A DNA stretch of 62,945 nt, the filler included, from Octopus bimaculoides (lineage: Eukaryota): assembly GCF_001194135.2 (NCBI RefSeq). It is 7 parts of 6 records of this genome, joined end to end, with 100 filler letters (N's around TTAATTAATTAA, not from the genome) between each part and the next. Parts side by side here need not be neighbours in the genome. Positions count along the whole stretch, not along the records: positions 20,670 to 44,716 come from NC_068987.1; 6 more parts are not named here. One strand, 5' to 3'. Under the pieces are notes generated by a model that made no database searches, was not told the origin of the DNA, and was given only the letters and a program-made list of their open reading frames with translations. Positions 27,061-38,419 of this stretch are shown one piece after another (the stretch's first letter is position 1; the number at the start of each line of letters is the position of its first letter). The position numbers were made by a program, and so were the translations under genes.

Positions 27061-27264
27061 GAGAGATAATCATCGAGTGATCCATACAGATGGAGGAGAA
27101 CTGATTGCAGTCAGCTCTGAAGACCATAAAATCCGTTTCATCAATTCAACCACTGGTAAAGATATTGGTCCAACTATCTCAGGTCATGCTGGTTCCATCC
27201 ATTGCCTACATCTCTGTGAAAAGAAGAGGATTATTCTCAGTGGTAGTTATGATACAAGCATCCG
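27061..27264 (+). CDS. FBXW10: FBXW10-like WD40 exon (phase 2-2)
   Basis: tttcag|G AGA GAT...ATC CG|gtaaga; RVIHTDGGELIAVSS...GHAGSIHCLHLCEKKRIILSGSYDTSIR. Confidence 0.95.
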
Positions 27265-27310
27265 GTAAGAAAATTCCTACATTTTAAAACACTTTTTTCT
27301 TCAGATAGAG

Positions 27311-27540
27311 CAGTGTTTCTGATCCATTTTATCCTTGGACGCCTTCCTATTTTACTTGAATGGACCATTATAACCATCTAATGTTTAAAATATCCTGCTA
27401 TATTTTTATAGGAATTGTATAAAAAATTGTTAAAATATTTGTGTATAATAGAAATATAACCAATTTATTGCACATAGATTTTAACAACAAAATCTTATAT
27501 GACCCCCAAGGGCCATATTGACCCTAGTTAAGAACCACTG
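27311..27540. mobile_element. hAT MITE, 230 bp, with perfect 8-bp TSD
   Basis: TIRs CAGTGTTTCTGA / TAAGAACCACTG; AGATAGAG at 27303-27310 and 27541-27548. Confidence 0.85.
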
Positions 27541-27569
27541 AGATAGAGCAACAAATAAAATGTCATGTA

Positions 27570-27855
27570 TTATTTAGCTATGTCTCTGTACATTTTGAAT
27601 TCAAATCTGTTGAAGTTGACTTTACTTTTTATCAATCTGGGGTCAATAAAATGAGTACCAGTTATATACCAAGGTCTATTTAGCCAACTGTGTTCCCTTG
27701 CCTCAAAATCTTTTCTACTCTAGGCACAAGGCCTGAAATTTTGGGGGAGGGGGCCACTTGATTAGATTGACCCCAGTACACAACTGGTACTTAATTTATT
27801 GACTCCGAAAGGATGAAAGGCAAAGTCGACCTCAGTGGAATTTGAACTCAGAATA
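27570..27855. mobile_element. Two SINE family A copies, tail to tail
   Basis: Plus copy 27570-27720, then minus copy 27715-27855. Confidence 0.7.
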
Positions 27856-28219
27856 TAAAATAATACTTTACAAACAAGTGGAATTGAAATGACCAACCAT
27901 ATTTTCTGGCATGCTAGTCAAAATTTTCAGACTGAAATTTACAGCCAATAAAGGTAGTTGATTTATACACCGAAAGGACTTTGGAGGACCAAAAATTCCA
28001 TGTCAAATGCAGCCAGGTTTGCAAAGATAGTAAGGATGTTTGAGTGTTTACGTTACATGTTTATACTATATAATACATTGACTTGTATTCTGGAAAATAT
28101 GGCATGTTGGTCAATAAAAAAGTTATGCTCACCCTCATATAATAAAAATATTATATGTGAGTTGAACCCAAAATGATGCAAAATTAGGCATACNNNNNNN
28201 NNNGGCCGGGGGCTTTCCC

Positions 28220-29990
28220 GGTAGGTAATTTAAATTGCATGTTAGTAGAGTACTTCTTCCTCTATACAAAGTTACTTCTCAACAAAGTCTCCATTGCATT
28301 TGCACCATCACTGAACACAACTCCTGACTCCTCTTTGAAACAATTCAAGTGTACACTGTTGTACCCACTTCTTCACAGCCTCTTTCACCTCATCTATGTC
28401 ATCAACTAATTGTCCCTGAAGACTGTCCTTCATTGGACCAATAAGTTTGAAGTCAGAGAGTGTCAAATCTGAGCTGTACAGGGGATGAAGAAATGTTGAC
28501 TGGCCCATTTGTTGTTTGATTTTTTTGTCAAAGATGTTTATGGTTTCATATTGCCATGGTGAATGTGAATCATTTTCAGGTTCTTGTTCAGTCTCATTCA
28601 GTGGTTTTGTCTAAGCTTTTTAGTGTCTCAATGTACTGTTCACTGTCCCCTATACTGTTCACTATATTATTCGCTGTTCACTATATTGTTCACTGTTCAC
28701 TATATTGTTCACCGTGTTGTTCACTGTTCACAGTACTGCCATGTTCCAGAAAATAATGAGAATGATGTCCGTGACATTACATAAGAAAAACAGTCACTAT
28801 GACTCTCTGTGCCAATCACTGACTTGGGTTTTGAAAAAGAAGTGACACCATTCTATGGACTGAACCTTTGATTCTGGGCCATAAAGATGCATCATCATTT
28901 GCTTCAAATGCTTCTAGCATATTAGTGCAGTCTCCTGACCCTCATCTTTAAATCAAGTGTCATCAGCTGAGGTACCCACTTTACGCATGCTTTCCCTTAT
29001 CAAAAGTCTTCCATTATTACATTGAAACCACAGTTCAGTTGTGCAACAGGTTCATGGATTAAGATTTAGTTTGTCTATGAGAATCAATTCATCCACTCAC
29101 TGGCGTTTCATGTCAGTGTTCACAATTGATGACCTCCAACCACATAATTTTGTCTCCAATGCTGGTTTCCTCTTCTTTAAACTTCATCCATTTGAACACA
29201 TTGCTTTTATCAGTGGTGTCATTTCCACAAACAACCTTCATCATCATCATCATTTAATGTCTGTTGTTCATGCTGGTATGGGTTGAACAATTTGACCAAG
29301 GCTGGAAAGCTGAGGGGTTGCACCAGACTCCAGTCTGATTTGGCATGATTTCTACAGTTGGATGCCCTTCCTAATGCCACCCACTCCAAAAATGTAATGG
29401 GTGCTTTTACATACCACAAACATGGATGCTAGTTGTGTGACACCAGTATTTGCATGCCGAGGGTCTCAATCATTTGTCATTACCTCCGTGAGGCTCTATG
29501 CTCGAAGGGTGCTTTTTATGCGCCACTGGCACAGGTACCAGTTACGCGACACCAGCATTGGCTACATTGCCTCTGTTAGGCCTGATGCTCGAATGGTGCT
29601 CCCACAGAGGTGGAAAAAGTGGAGGGAGTAGAAAAAGAAACAAGAAAACAGAGTGTAGAAAGGAAGGAGAAGTGTGAAAAATAAATGAAGGCTAACAACA
29701 AAAGTGGGTGGGTGATTAAAGGTTAGCAGGGAAATGAATAGAAGAAGAGATAAAAGGTCAAAGCCACTAATATATTCACTGTAGCCATCAAAACCTGTAC
29801 CCCTCTTTCATGAAGAATTCAAAGATGGTATGTTGCTTTTGTTAGGAATCAATTATTTGCCTGTAATAAAGAACAAGAAGAATTACCACAGAGAAAAAGT
29901 TACTCTACCAGCATGTGCAATTTGTATGACTTGAGTCAGTTAATAAAGAAGTTTATCAGGCTTTCAATGATGAATCTGCATTAAGTATGA
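28220..29990 (-). mobile_element. Degenerate mariner (DD34D) element interrupted by a minisatellite (~28630-28740) and a ~540-bp insertion
   Basis: Remnants DKSNVFKW..FKEEETSI, ...WVPQLMT, PESKVQSIEW, HPLYSSDLTLSDF, RWCKCNGDFVEK*. Confidence 0.8.
29238..29600 (-). mobile_element. RTE 3'UTR-derived repeat nested in the mariner
   Basis: (CAT)n then ATGTCTG...GGATGCCCTTCCTAATGCC; the mariner sequence resumes at ~29780. Confidence 0.75.
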
Positions 29991-30124
29991 GACACTGATT
30001 GCTATTTTACAAACAAATGAACAAATGACAGTATGACATTTAGTTCTGTAATCTACACTTCTTCTACATAATGTCCCCTGTTTATGATGATTAATTAAGC
30101 ATTGGGTTATAATAAATGGGAAAC

Positions 30125-30460
30125 AATTCATTCACTCACTGGCGATTCATGTCAGTGTTCATAGTTGATAGCCTCCAAATAGATAATTTGTCTTCAATGC
30201 TGGTTTCCTCATCTTTACGCTTTTTCATCCATTTGAACACATTGTTCTTAACAGTGGTGTCATTTCCATGAACAACCTGTAGCCATCACAACCTTACCCC
30301 TCTTTCATGAAGGATTCAAAGATGGTATGTCACTTTTGCTTGGAATCAATTATTTGCTGTAATAAAGAACAAGAAGAATTACCATAGAGAAAAAGTTATT
30401 CTACCAGTAGGTGAAATTTGTATAACCTGTGTCAGTTAATAAAGAATTTATGCCACTTTT
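30125..30460 (-). mobile_element. Second partial copy of the same mariner (5' part, uninterrupted)
   Basis: Colinear with 29085-29237 joined to 29780-29950. Confidence 0.75.
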
Positions 30461-30675
30461 GCATTACTTCTGATATAATCTTCAAATTATATCTGTTGTA
30501 CATTGGGTTGTAATGAACTGAACATGGTCAAATCAAATCAGTTTGCATGGGAATGTGGTTAAGTAAAAGAGAAAACTGATGCTTGAATATTTACAAAACA
30601 AATTTTTCAGATGTAGTTAAAATTACATAAGTAAATATCCAGACCACACACATACAGATACAGATAAGTACGGAT

Positions 30676-30714
<39 letters not shown>

Positions 30715-31063
30715 CTCTCTCTCACACACATTCCCCTACACAGATGCACACTCACCCGAATACATACACTCATAAACAGGTACATATCTAGATTAACTAG
30801 TCACATATACCGGCATACATATATTTCAGGGTTATATATGTGCAAACAAATGAACGCACTCACTCACACACACACATACACACACACACATACATACACT
30901 CATAAACAAGTGCATATCTATATTAAATATTCACACATAAACACACACATACATATGTCTAAAGTACATATGTGTACGCAACACCCACCCACCCATACAC
31001 ACACACACACACACACACACAGTTGCATATACACAATATTGTTTTCTACTTTTTGACTTACAG

Positions 31064-31185
31064 ATGCTGGTCAATAGACACTGGTCGCTGTCAGAAGATA
31101 TACCGTGGTCATCGAAGCACAGTTTTGTGTGTTCGTCTTTTCAAAGATGCTGTAGTATCTGGGTCAAAAGATGCCTCCTGTAGAT
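31064..31185 (+). CDS. FBXW10: FBXW10-like WD40 exon (phase 2-1)
   Basis: ttacag|A TGC TGG...AGA T|gtgagt; CWSIDTGRCQKIYRGHRSTVLCVRLFKDAVVSGSKDASCR. Confidence 0.95.
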
Positions 31186-31239
31186 GTGAGTTACCATCTT
31201 CAATTCACTCTAAAACTTATCTCTCTATGTTTAACTCAT

Positions 31240-31765
31240 TGTTCTCCAGCACTGGTGTCATTCTCTACAGCTTCATGAAACCTGGTAAATCAATAACAGT
31301 GGTTGTATATATCAACCAATCGGATGAAATGATGAGTGAACTTGCAATTAAACAACCGAGATTGGTCAATAGAGACAGGCCAATTTTCTTGCAAGACAAT
31401 GCTTGACCACATGTTACACAAAGAATGCTACTCAAGTTACAAGAAGTGAACTTGGAAGTACTGTCATCCACCATATTCACCAGACCTTGCACCAACTAAC
31501 TATCACATTTTCCAGGCATTGGGAGAACTTTTTGCATGGAAAAAACTTCAAATCTTAAGAAAATGACAAAACAGCCTTTCATGATTTCATCACCACTTGC
31601 TCTCCAGAATTCTTTGCTGCCAGTATAAATAAGCTGCTGATAAAATGGCAAAATCGCGTTGATATTTTAAGTGCATACTTTGATTAACTGCATTGCTTTT
31701 TGTTGAGATAAAGTAAAATAAACTTACAGTTTAAAATTGAACATTTCATTCTTAATGACCTGATA
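31240..31765 (+). mobile_element. Mariner 3' half (cecropia/Hsmar1-like), degenerate
   Basis: GVILYSFMKPGKSIT...KQPRLVNRDRPIFLQDNA*PHV; 3' TIR-like ...AATGACCTGATA. Confidence 0.8.
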
Positions 31766-32593
31766 TATATACGACAGGCTTCTTTCAGTTTCCATCTACC
31801 AAATTCATTTACAAGGCTTTGGTTGGCTTGAGGCAATAGTAGAAGACACTCCATAAAATGTGGATTCTTATATGCCCTGTGTGTACAACTGTGGTGATTA
31901 ATTGAACCATTTAATTTAAATATAACCTCATCATTCCAAACAATCTTTGTGGAAAGTGTGCATCTTCTAAATATCCTACCAATACCAATCACTAAGCCCA
32001 CTCTTTGGCTTATCTTCATGGAGAGCATGGACTATTCTAGGAAAGTAACTTTTCTAATGACAGTGCCCCAAAATGTGATTTGACACTTGATTTTCAAATT
32101 CTCTGTTTCATACATTGCACCTTACATAACAAGGAGTTCATTAAAAAATGAAACATGTACTTATATAAGGAAAAGTGTACAGTGACTGGTCCCAAAAGTT
32201 GATGGAATATGGTTTGGACAGAACTTTTTAACTACATACTGATCTCAGAGAGGGGAACCAAGTAACCAGTTCCATTTTAGAAGTCAAAACAAAAACTGAA
32301 ATCATTATTTATTTTGTAGACTTGGAATATCTGTTACAGCAGCCTTCAATATTTTTCGGTACAACCATGTAGATAGGGAAAGGTAAGATATCAAACAACT
32401 AGCGAGAGGAATTTGCAGTCAGTATCCTACCACTCAGCACTTCTTTGTTTACTTAAAACACTTATTCTACTAAAACTCATGTGGCAAGTGTCTAGTTATA
32501 GACTGGTAACATATCCAGAAAGAGGTTATTTTTTCTTATTCACTTAATACATTGTTTTTCTCTGGGATGCCAATTCCTGATGAAGTTATAAGG

Positions 32594-33025
32594 CAAGGCT
32601 GGATTAAGACCCATAAAGCCCTAAGCACTTAAAAGATTTTGGTGCCCCCATAAAAGATTATGTAATTCAAAATATAAATAATAAAATCCATAAAATAAAT
32701 TATTTTTTAAAATGAAACAAAACAAAGATTAAGATGGAAAATAATACTTATTTCTGTACACTTCCACTTTATTTATATTTGAAAAATTTTCTCCGACTTT
32801 TTTTAAAATTGTGAAGTCTTTGATCAGATCATCACTATGACATCATGAACACTTTGAAATTATATTTCCAATCATATACACTACTCTGAGTATTATTTTT
32901 GCAAGTTTAAAGTAATTTTTTTTTTTTGTGCTGTAAATCATTTATCAGTTACCATTTCTGTGGTTCCCCCTTCACTTGATGCCCTAAGCATGTGTTTATT
33001 TTGCTTAATGATAAATCCAGCACTG
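32594..33025. mobile_element. hAT-like MITE
   Basis: CAAGGCTGGATTAA / TAAATCCAGCACTG; flanks TTATAAGG vs TTGTAGGG (6/8). Confidence 0.6.
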
Positions 33026-33582
33026 TTGTAGGGTCACTATTGTGACAAACATGTCTTGAGCATTTACACCTGGTGGAGTTCATCTCTCTTCAAGTTTGGG
33101 GATAGTCCACCCCTCTTCAAGTTTGGGAATAGATTCTATTAAATTTTGAAAATGAAATGTATTTTTTATAAACACTGATTTTATAATCAATCAATTTATA
33201 TATACAGTCATTTCTCTAAGAAAAGGTAAAAAATGACAGGAAAAAGATGTAAAAATCAATAGATTTCAATACTAGACATGTACTTTAGTTAGCAGCCCTG
33301 AAAAGATGAATAGTAAAGTTGACCTTGGTGGTATCTGAACTCAAAGTGCCAAGCTGGATCAAATACCACAAAGCCTTTCATCCAATGCGTTAATAATTCT
33401 ACTAATTTGTTGCCTCAGCACAACAGGAACTGGAGATAAACAACAATCCTATGCACTGAGGAAGTCTGTGAAAGTAAATCTGTACAATTTTTATGAGCCT
33501 CTAAACTTTGTAGACTTTCCCTAGGACATTATGTTTCAACAATGCATCAAATCTCAAATCTTTCAATCTTCTTGTCATTAAG

Positions 33583-33731
33583 TGTGGGACCTGAACACTG
33601 GTAAATGTCTGAAGGTTATGCATCATTTGAAAGCAGTGAGGTCAGTGGCAATATCTGGAGAACTCGTTATCAGTGGATGTGATGAGGGTGAAGTGAAGGT
33701 TTGGCACCGTGGCACAGGAAAAATGGTTAAG
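33583..33731 (+). CDS. FBXW10: FBXW10-like WD40 exon (phase 1-0)
   Basis: attaag|TG TGG GAC...GTT AAG|gtaaca; (L)WDLNTGKCLKVMHHLKAVRSVAISGELVISGCDEGEVKVWHRGTGKMVK. Confidence 0.95.
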
Positions 33732-34574
33732 GTAACAGCTAACTTAGCTTATTTCATTCTTTTTTTTCCCCCTCCAAATGTTGCCCCATGATTGATTAGT
33801 TTTATTGCTTCTCGATTGATTTATTATATCCCCCACCACTTGTGCTGTTCCTCCACTTCCTCTTACATTCACATTCTTTCCATATTTTTAACTTACTTCT
33901 TTCGTATTTTTTATCTCCCTTTTTCCTTATTCCCACTCTCTCTCTCTCTCTGCCCCTCTCCCTCCCTCTCTCTCACCCTCCTCTCTCTCTTCATGTGTCA
34001 ATAAATGCATTGAACACCAGGTGATGTAATTTAAATCTTCTGCTGCTGCTGTGATATGTGTTTTAGTATGATGTTTAAATCTACCCTCATCACATTCCCA
34101 ACTAATTTTAACATTGAGTTCACACAAACCTCAGACTTAGTTTCTCAGGCATTCGTGTGACAGCAAAAAGCCTTCTTTTCATGATTTATTTTTTTAGTGA
34201 CCAAAAGAGCAAATGACAGAGTTTTTATGCAATGTTTTTGACCTGTAGCTGCAAATGTTTCCCCTATAAATTTCTGCTTATTTATAAAGTAAGAAACATA
34301 TAAGCTTGCTGTGGATGGGAGATTCTGTCTAGTTCTTTGATGTGCTAGTTGGGGATGTTCCAAGATGATGGAGAGTAAAAAGGGACTGGACCAGGTTTTC
34401 AAATATCTATTTTTGTGAGAAACAAGCATTAACTGTACTACAGATAGCAACCATATGCAAGTATGATTTATATCAAAATACATTTTTAATTACTTTATGT
34501 CTGTTTTCCTAGAATAACATTGTATGGGTTGGATTTTGTATATCATTGAAGCCATTCTTCTCATAGCTCTGTGG

Positions 34575-34978
34575 CAGGGACGTGCTGCCTGGGTAGGCAA
34601 GGTAGGTAGTGCCTACCCTGAATAAAATAGATCGATAGTAGCATTTTCCTTTTATAGCAAAATATGCACCTAATTCAATAAAATTACGAAGGTTACTTTG
34701 ACTACTATGCATAAAATGCAAAATATCTTATTTTTTTGTAGATTAGGTAGGCATAATTCACTCCTGCCTTTTAATTTCAGTATTAAAACTACGCATAGTA
34801 CTGCTGTAGTACACGTGCTGTGTACATTCCTACAACATCTTCTTTATGTGCTATAAAGGCAGAAGTAATTTTGCCTCCAACTCTGTTGCACGCCTGTGTT
34901 TTGCTTATTTTTTGTGTGTTTTACTACATAAACATCACCAACTGCCTACCCTGAGTAATTACTGACAGCACATGCTTG
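34575..34978. mobile_element. hAT-like MITE with subterminal TGCCTACCCTGA repeats
   Basis: CAGGGACGTGCTG / CAGCACATGCTTG termini; weak TSD (5/8). Confidence 0.5.
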
Positions 34979-35046
34979 GCCTTTGGTCTTTCTACCACTA
35001 ACCATGTTTTTTTCATGTTCTCTTTAAACTTGTTTTTTTACCACAG

Positions 35047-35189
35047 AAATTAAAGGGTCACTCAAGTTCAATAATGTGTCTTAAATTTGACCGCTGGCAT
35101 ATTGTAAGTGGTGATAAAGATGGTTATGCCATGGCCTGGAGTTCCCAAGGTGATCATAGCCGCTGTCTGAATGTTTTCAAACATCCAAA
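35047..35189 (+). CDS. FBXW10: FBXW10-like WD40 exon (phase 0-2); too short for the ORF track
   Basis: ccacag|AAA TTA AAG GGT CAC...CCA AA|gtaaga; KLKGHSSSIMCLKFDRWHIVSGDKDGYAMAWSSQGDHSRCLNVFKHP. Confidence 0.95.
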
Positions 35190-35279
35190 GTAAGATGCAA
35201 TTTCATTGGTAAATTTCATTTGTGGCTGAGGTATTGTAAAAGAAAGAAAAATTATACATACATATATACATGCAAAAAT

Positions 35280-35481
35280 TCACATACATACCCTGTTGTT
35301 GAAGCTGAAATTCCAATGGAGGAGCCTTGGATCTAGGTTAGAAAGAGGTTCTTTCTCTATTGGCAAGAAATCTTGAAATAAACTGAATAATGACATACAT
35401 ACATACATACATACATACATACATACATACATACAAACATACATACATACATACACATACATACATACATACATACATACA

Positions 35482-35512
<31 letters not shown>

Positions 35513-35520
35513 GCAAGGAT
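35280..35520 (+). mobile_element. 3'UTR-only copy of the (CATA)n-associated RLE LINE plus (CATA)n tract
   Basis: CCCTGTTGTTGA...GGAGCCTTGGATCTAGGTTAGAAA...AAACTGAATAATGA(CATA)n. Confidence 0.8.
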
Positions 35521-36129
35521 TTTCTGAAGTTCCAATTGTGAATTTGTCTGTGTTAACAACATCCCAAAGATGGAGCCTTGTATCTTTGTTGGAAACCAGC
35601 TTCCTCCTCAGTGGAAGATTTATGATGATTAAAAAACAGAAGAGACATACATACATATATACATACAAACATATGTATGTACAGACATACATATTGGCAC
35701 GCTGTTGGTTATGATGGAAGGGTTCCAGTTGATCCAATCAACAGAACAGCCTCCTCATGAAATTAATGTGCAAGTGGTTGAGCACTCCATGGACACGTGT
35801 ACCTTTAACATTAGTTCGCAGGGAGATTCAGTGTGACACAGAATGTGACAAAGTTGGCCCTTAGAAATGTTGATAGAACTTATATTTGACAATTGAGTTG
35901 ATTGGAGCAACATGAAATAAAGTGTCAATGTACCTCTCAGAATTGAACTCAAAAACTTATGATCATGAGCTGAATGCCCTAAACACTAAGCCATGCACCT
36001 TCACATACATACATACACACATGAATGCATACATACATACATACATACCTGTATGCATATATACATACACATATACAAACATACATACATACAAATATAC
36101 ATGGAAATGTGCTGTGCGTGAGAAGACCC

Positions 36130-36530
36130 GGCAAGCCAAGTGAGATCGTTGCTAGGGCCCCTGGACTGGCTCTTGTGCGGGTGGCACATAAGATGTACCA
36201 TCTTGAGCGTGACCGTTGCCAGTACCGCCTGACTGGCCTTGTAGGGTTTTCGAGCGAGATCGTTGCCAGTGCCCCTGGACTGGCTCTTGTGCGGGTGGCA
36301 CATAAAAGACACCATTTCGAGCGTGGCCGTTTTCGTGCGGGTGACACGTAAAAGCACCCACTACACTCTCTGAGTGGTTGGCGTTAGGAAGGGCATCCAG
36401 CTGTAGAAACTCTGCCAAATTAGATTGGAGCCTGGTGTTGCCATCCGGTTTCACCAGTCCTCAGTCAAATCATCCAACCCATGCTAGCATGGAAAGCGGA
36501 CGTTAAACGATGATGATGATGATGATGATG
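36130..36530 (+). mobile_element. RTE 3'UTR-derived repeat, left arm of an inverted pair
   Basis: Tandem modules then ...GGAAAGCGGACGTTAAACGATGATGAT. Confidence 0.85.
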
Positions 36531-36989
36531 ATACATACATATATACAATATACATACATGCATACACACATACAACATACATACATACATACATACACAC
36601 ATACAATATACATACAATATACATACCTGCATGCATTCATACATTCATACCTGCATGCATACATACAATATACATACATACATACATACATACATACATA
36701 CATACATACATACATACATACATACATGCATACATACATACATGCATACATATATACATACATGCATACATACATACCTGCATGCATACATACATACATG
36801 CATACATACATACATACATACATACATACATACATGCATACGTACATACATACATACATGCATACGTACATACATACATACATATGTACATACAGCATGG
36901 CTGTGTGGTTAAGAAGTTTACTTTGTTGCCCTTGTTGCTTTGGCTTCAATTCCACAGTAAAATTTGATAAACAAAAACTGTACAGAAGC

Positions 36990-37213
36990 ATATCATCATC
37001 ATCATCATCATCATCATCGTTTAACGTCCGCTTTCCATGCTAGCATGGGTTGGACGATTTGACTGAGGACTGGTGAAACCGGATGGCAACACCAGGCTCC
37101 AGTCTGATTTGGCAGAGTTTCTACAGCTGGATGCCCTTCCTAACGCCAACCACTCAGAGAGTGTAGTGGGTGCTTTTACGTGTCACCCGCACGAAAACGG
37201 CCACGCTCGAAAT
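36990..37213 (-). mobile_element. RTE 3'UTR-derived repeat, right arm of an inverted pair
   Basis: Reverse complement differs from 36313-36510 at 3 positions in ~197 bp (counted by eye). Confidence 0.85.
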
Positions 37214-37426
37214 GTATATATGTGTGTCTATGTAGGTATATATGTATGTCTGTGTGCATGTGTGTATATGAATGTGTTTACATTTCTTTGAGTGAGTGTG
37301 TGCACATGTAGGTGTGTGTGTTGATGTGTTTTTTGTAATGATAAATAATTATTTATTGTAAGAAAATGTCATTTACTGAACTCAATTTTCTAAAATCTAA
37401 TAATCATTGCTTTATATTTATTTTAG

Positions 37427-37585
37427 GGAAGTGTGGTGTATTGAACTTGCATTTCTGAGAGTTGTTACTGGATCTGATGATGGTAGGATCCGAATATGGA
37501 ATTTGATAACTGGCCAATGTTGCCGAATTATGAGAGGTAACAGCCAGAGTGATCCAATCTTGCATCTACTCCCTGTTGTAAATAG
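37427..37585 (+). CDS. FBXW10: FBXW10-like WD40 exon (phase 2-2)
   Basis: ttttag|G GAA GTG...AAT AG|gtgaga; EVWCIELAFLRVVTGSDDGRIRIWNLITGQCCRIMRGNSQSDPILHLLPVVN. Confidence 0.95.
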
Positions 37586-37711
37586 GTGAGAAGATTAATG
37601 CCAGTTTTCTATAAATTGTTCAAACTTATTGAAAGTGAAAGAATTTCCATACAGTTGTGTAACCTGGTCATTATCATCACTATTATTATTATCATTATTA
37701 TTATTATCATT

Positions 37712-37742
<31 letters not shown>

Positions 37743-37834
37743 TTATTATATCTATCATCCTCACCACCACCTTGTTTCTTTAAACCTTTGTATTTTATGT
37801 ATATGTCCCTTCTTTTGGAGTGTTTTCCATGTAT

Positions 37835-38063
37835 ACTCTTTTTTACTCTTACTTATTTCAGTCATTTTGACTTTGGCCATGCTGGAGCACCGCTTTTAGT
37901 CGAGCAAATCGACCCCAGGACTTATTCTTTGGAAGCCTAGTACTCATTCTATCGGTCTCTTTGGCTGAACCGCTAAGTTACGGGGACGTAAACACACCAG
38001 CATCAGTTGTCAAGCGATGTTGGGGGTACAAACATACACACACACACATACACACACACACAC

Positions 38064-38110
<47 letters not shown>

Positions 38111-38262
38111 CATATATACGAAGGGCTTCTTTCAGTTTCCGTCTACCAAATTCACTTACAAGGCTTTGGTTGGCCCGAGGCTATACTAGAAGACATTTGC
38201 CCAAGGTGCCATGCAGTGGGAATGAACCCGAAACCATGTGGTTGGTAAGCAAGCTACTTACC
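37835..38262 (-). mobile_element. CORE-type tRNA SINE (octopus OR-like) with central (TA)/(CA) microsatellite
   Basis: Reverse complement of GTAAGTAGCTTGCTTACCAACCACATGGTT...GGCACCTTGGGCAA; same family as 62636-62945. Confidence 0.8.
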
Positions 38263-38419
38263 ACTCCTGGCACTGCAGCATCGATTATCAGGCACTCTTG
38301 TTTGTCCTTTTTTTTATCATTTCATTATATGTAAACCCCAACACTTTGTGTCTGTCTTTTTATTGTCCTTCTCATCCTTCACCTTTGTGGTAAATATATG
38401 AAATCATCATCATTATTAT

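Noticed and set aside
28630-28740. CRISPR-like short repeats (CACTGTTCACTATATT), also the 21150 and 36130 modules
   Set aside because: No unique constant-length spacers, no cas genes, eukaryotic context; these are a minisatellite and LINE UTR modules
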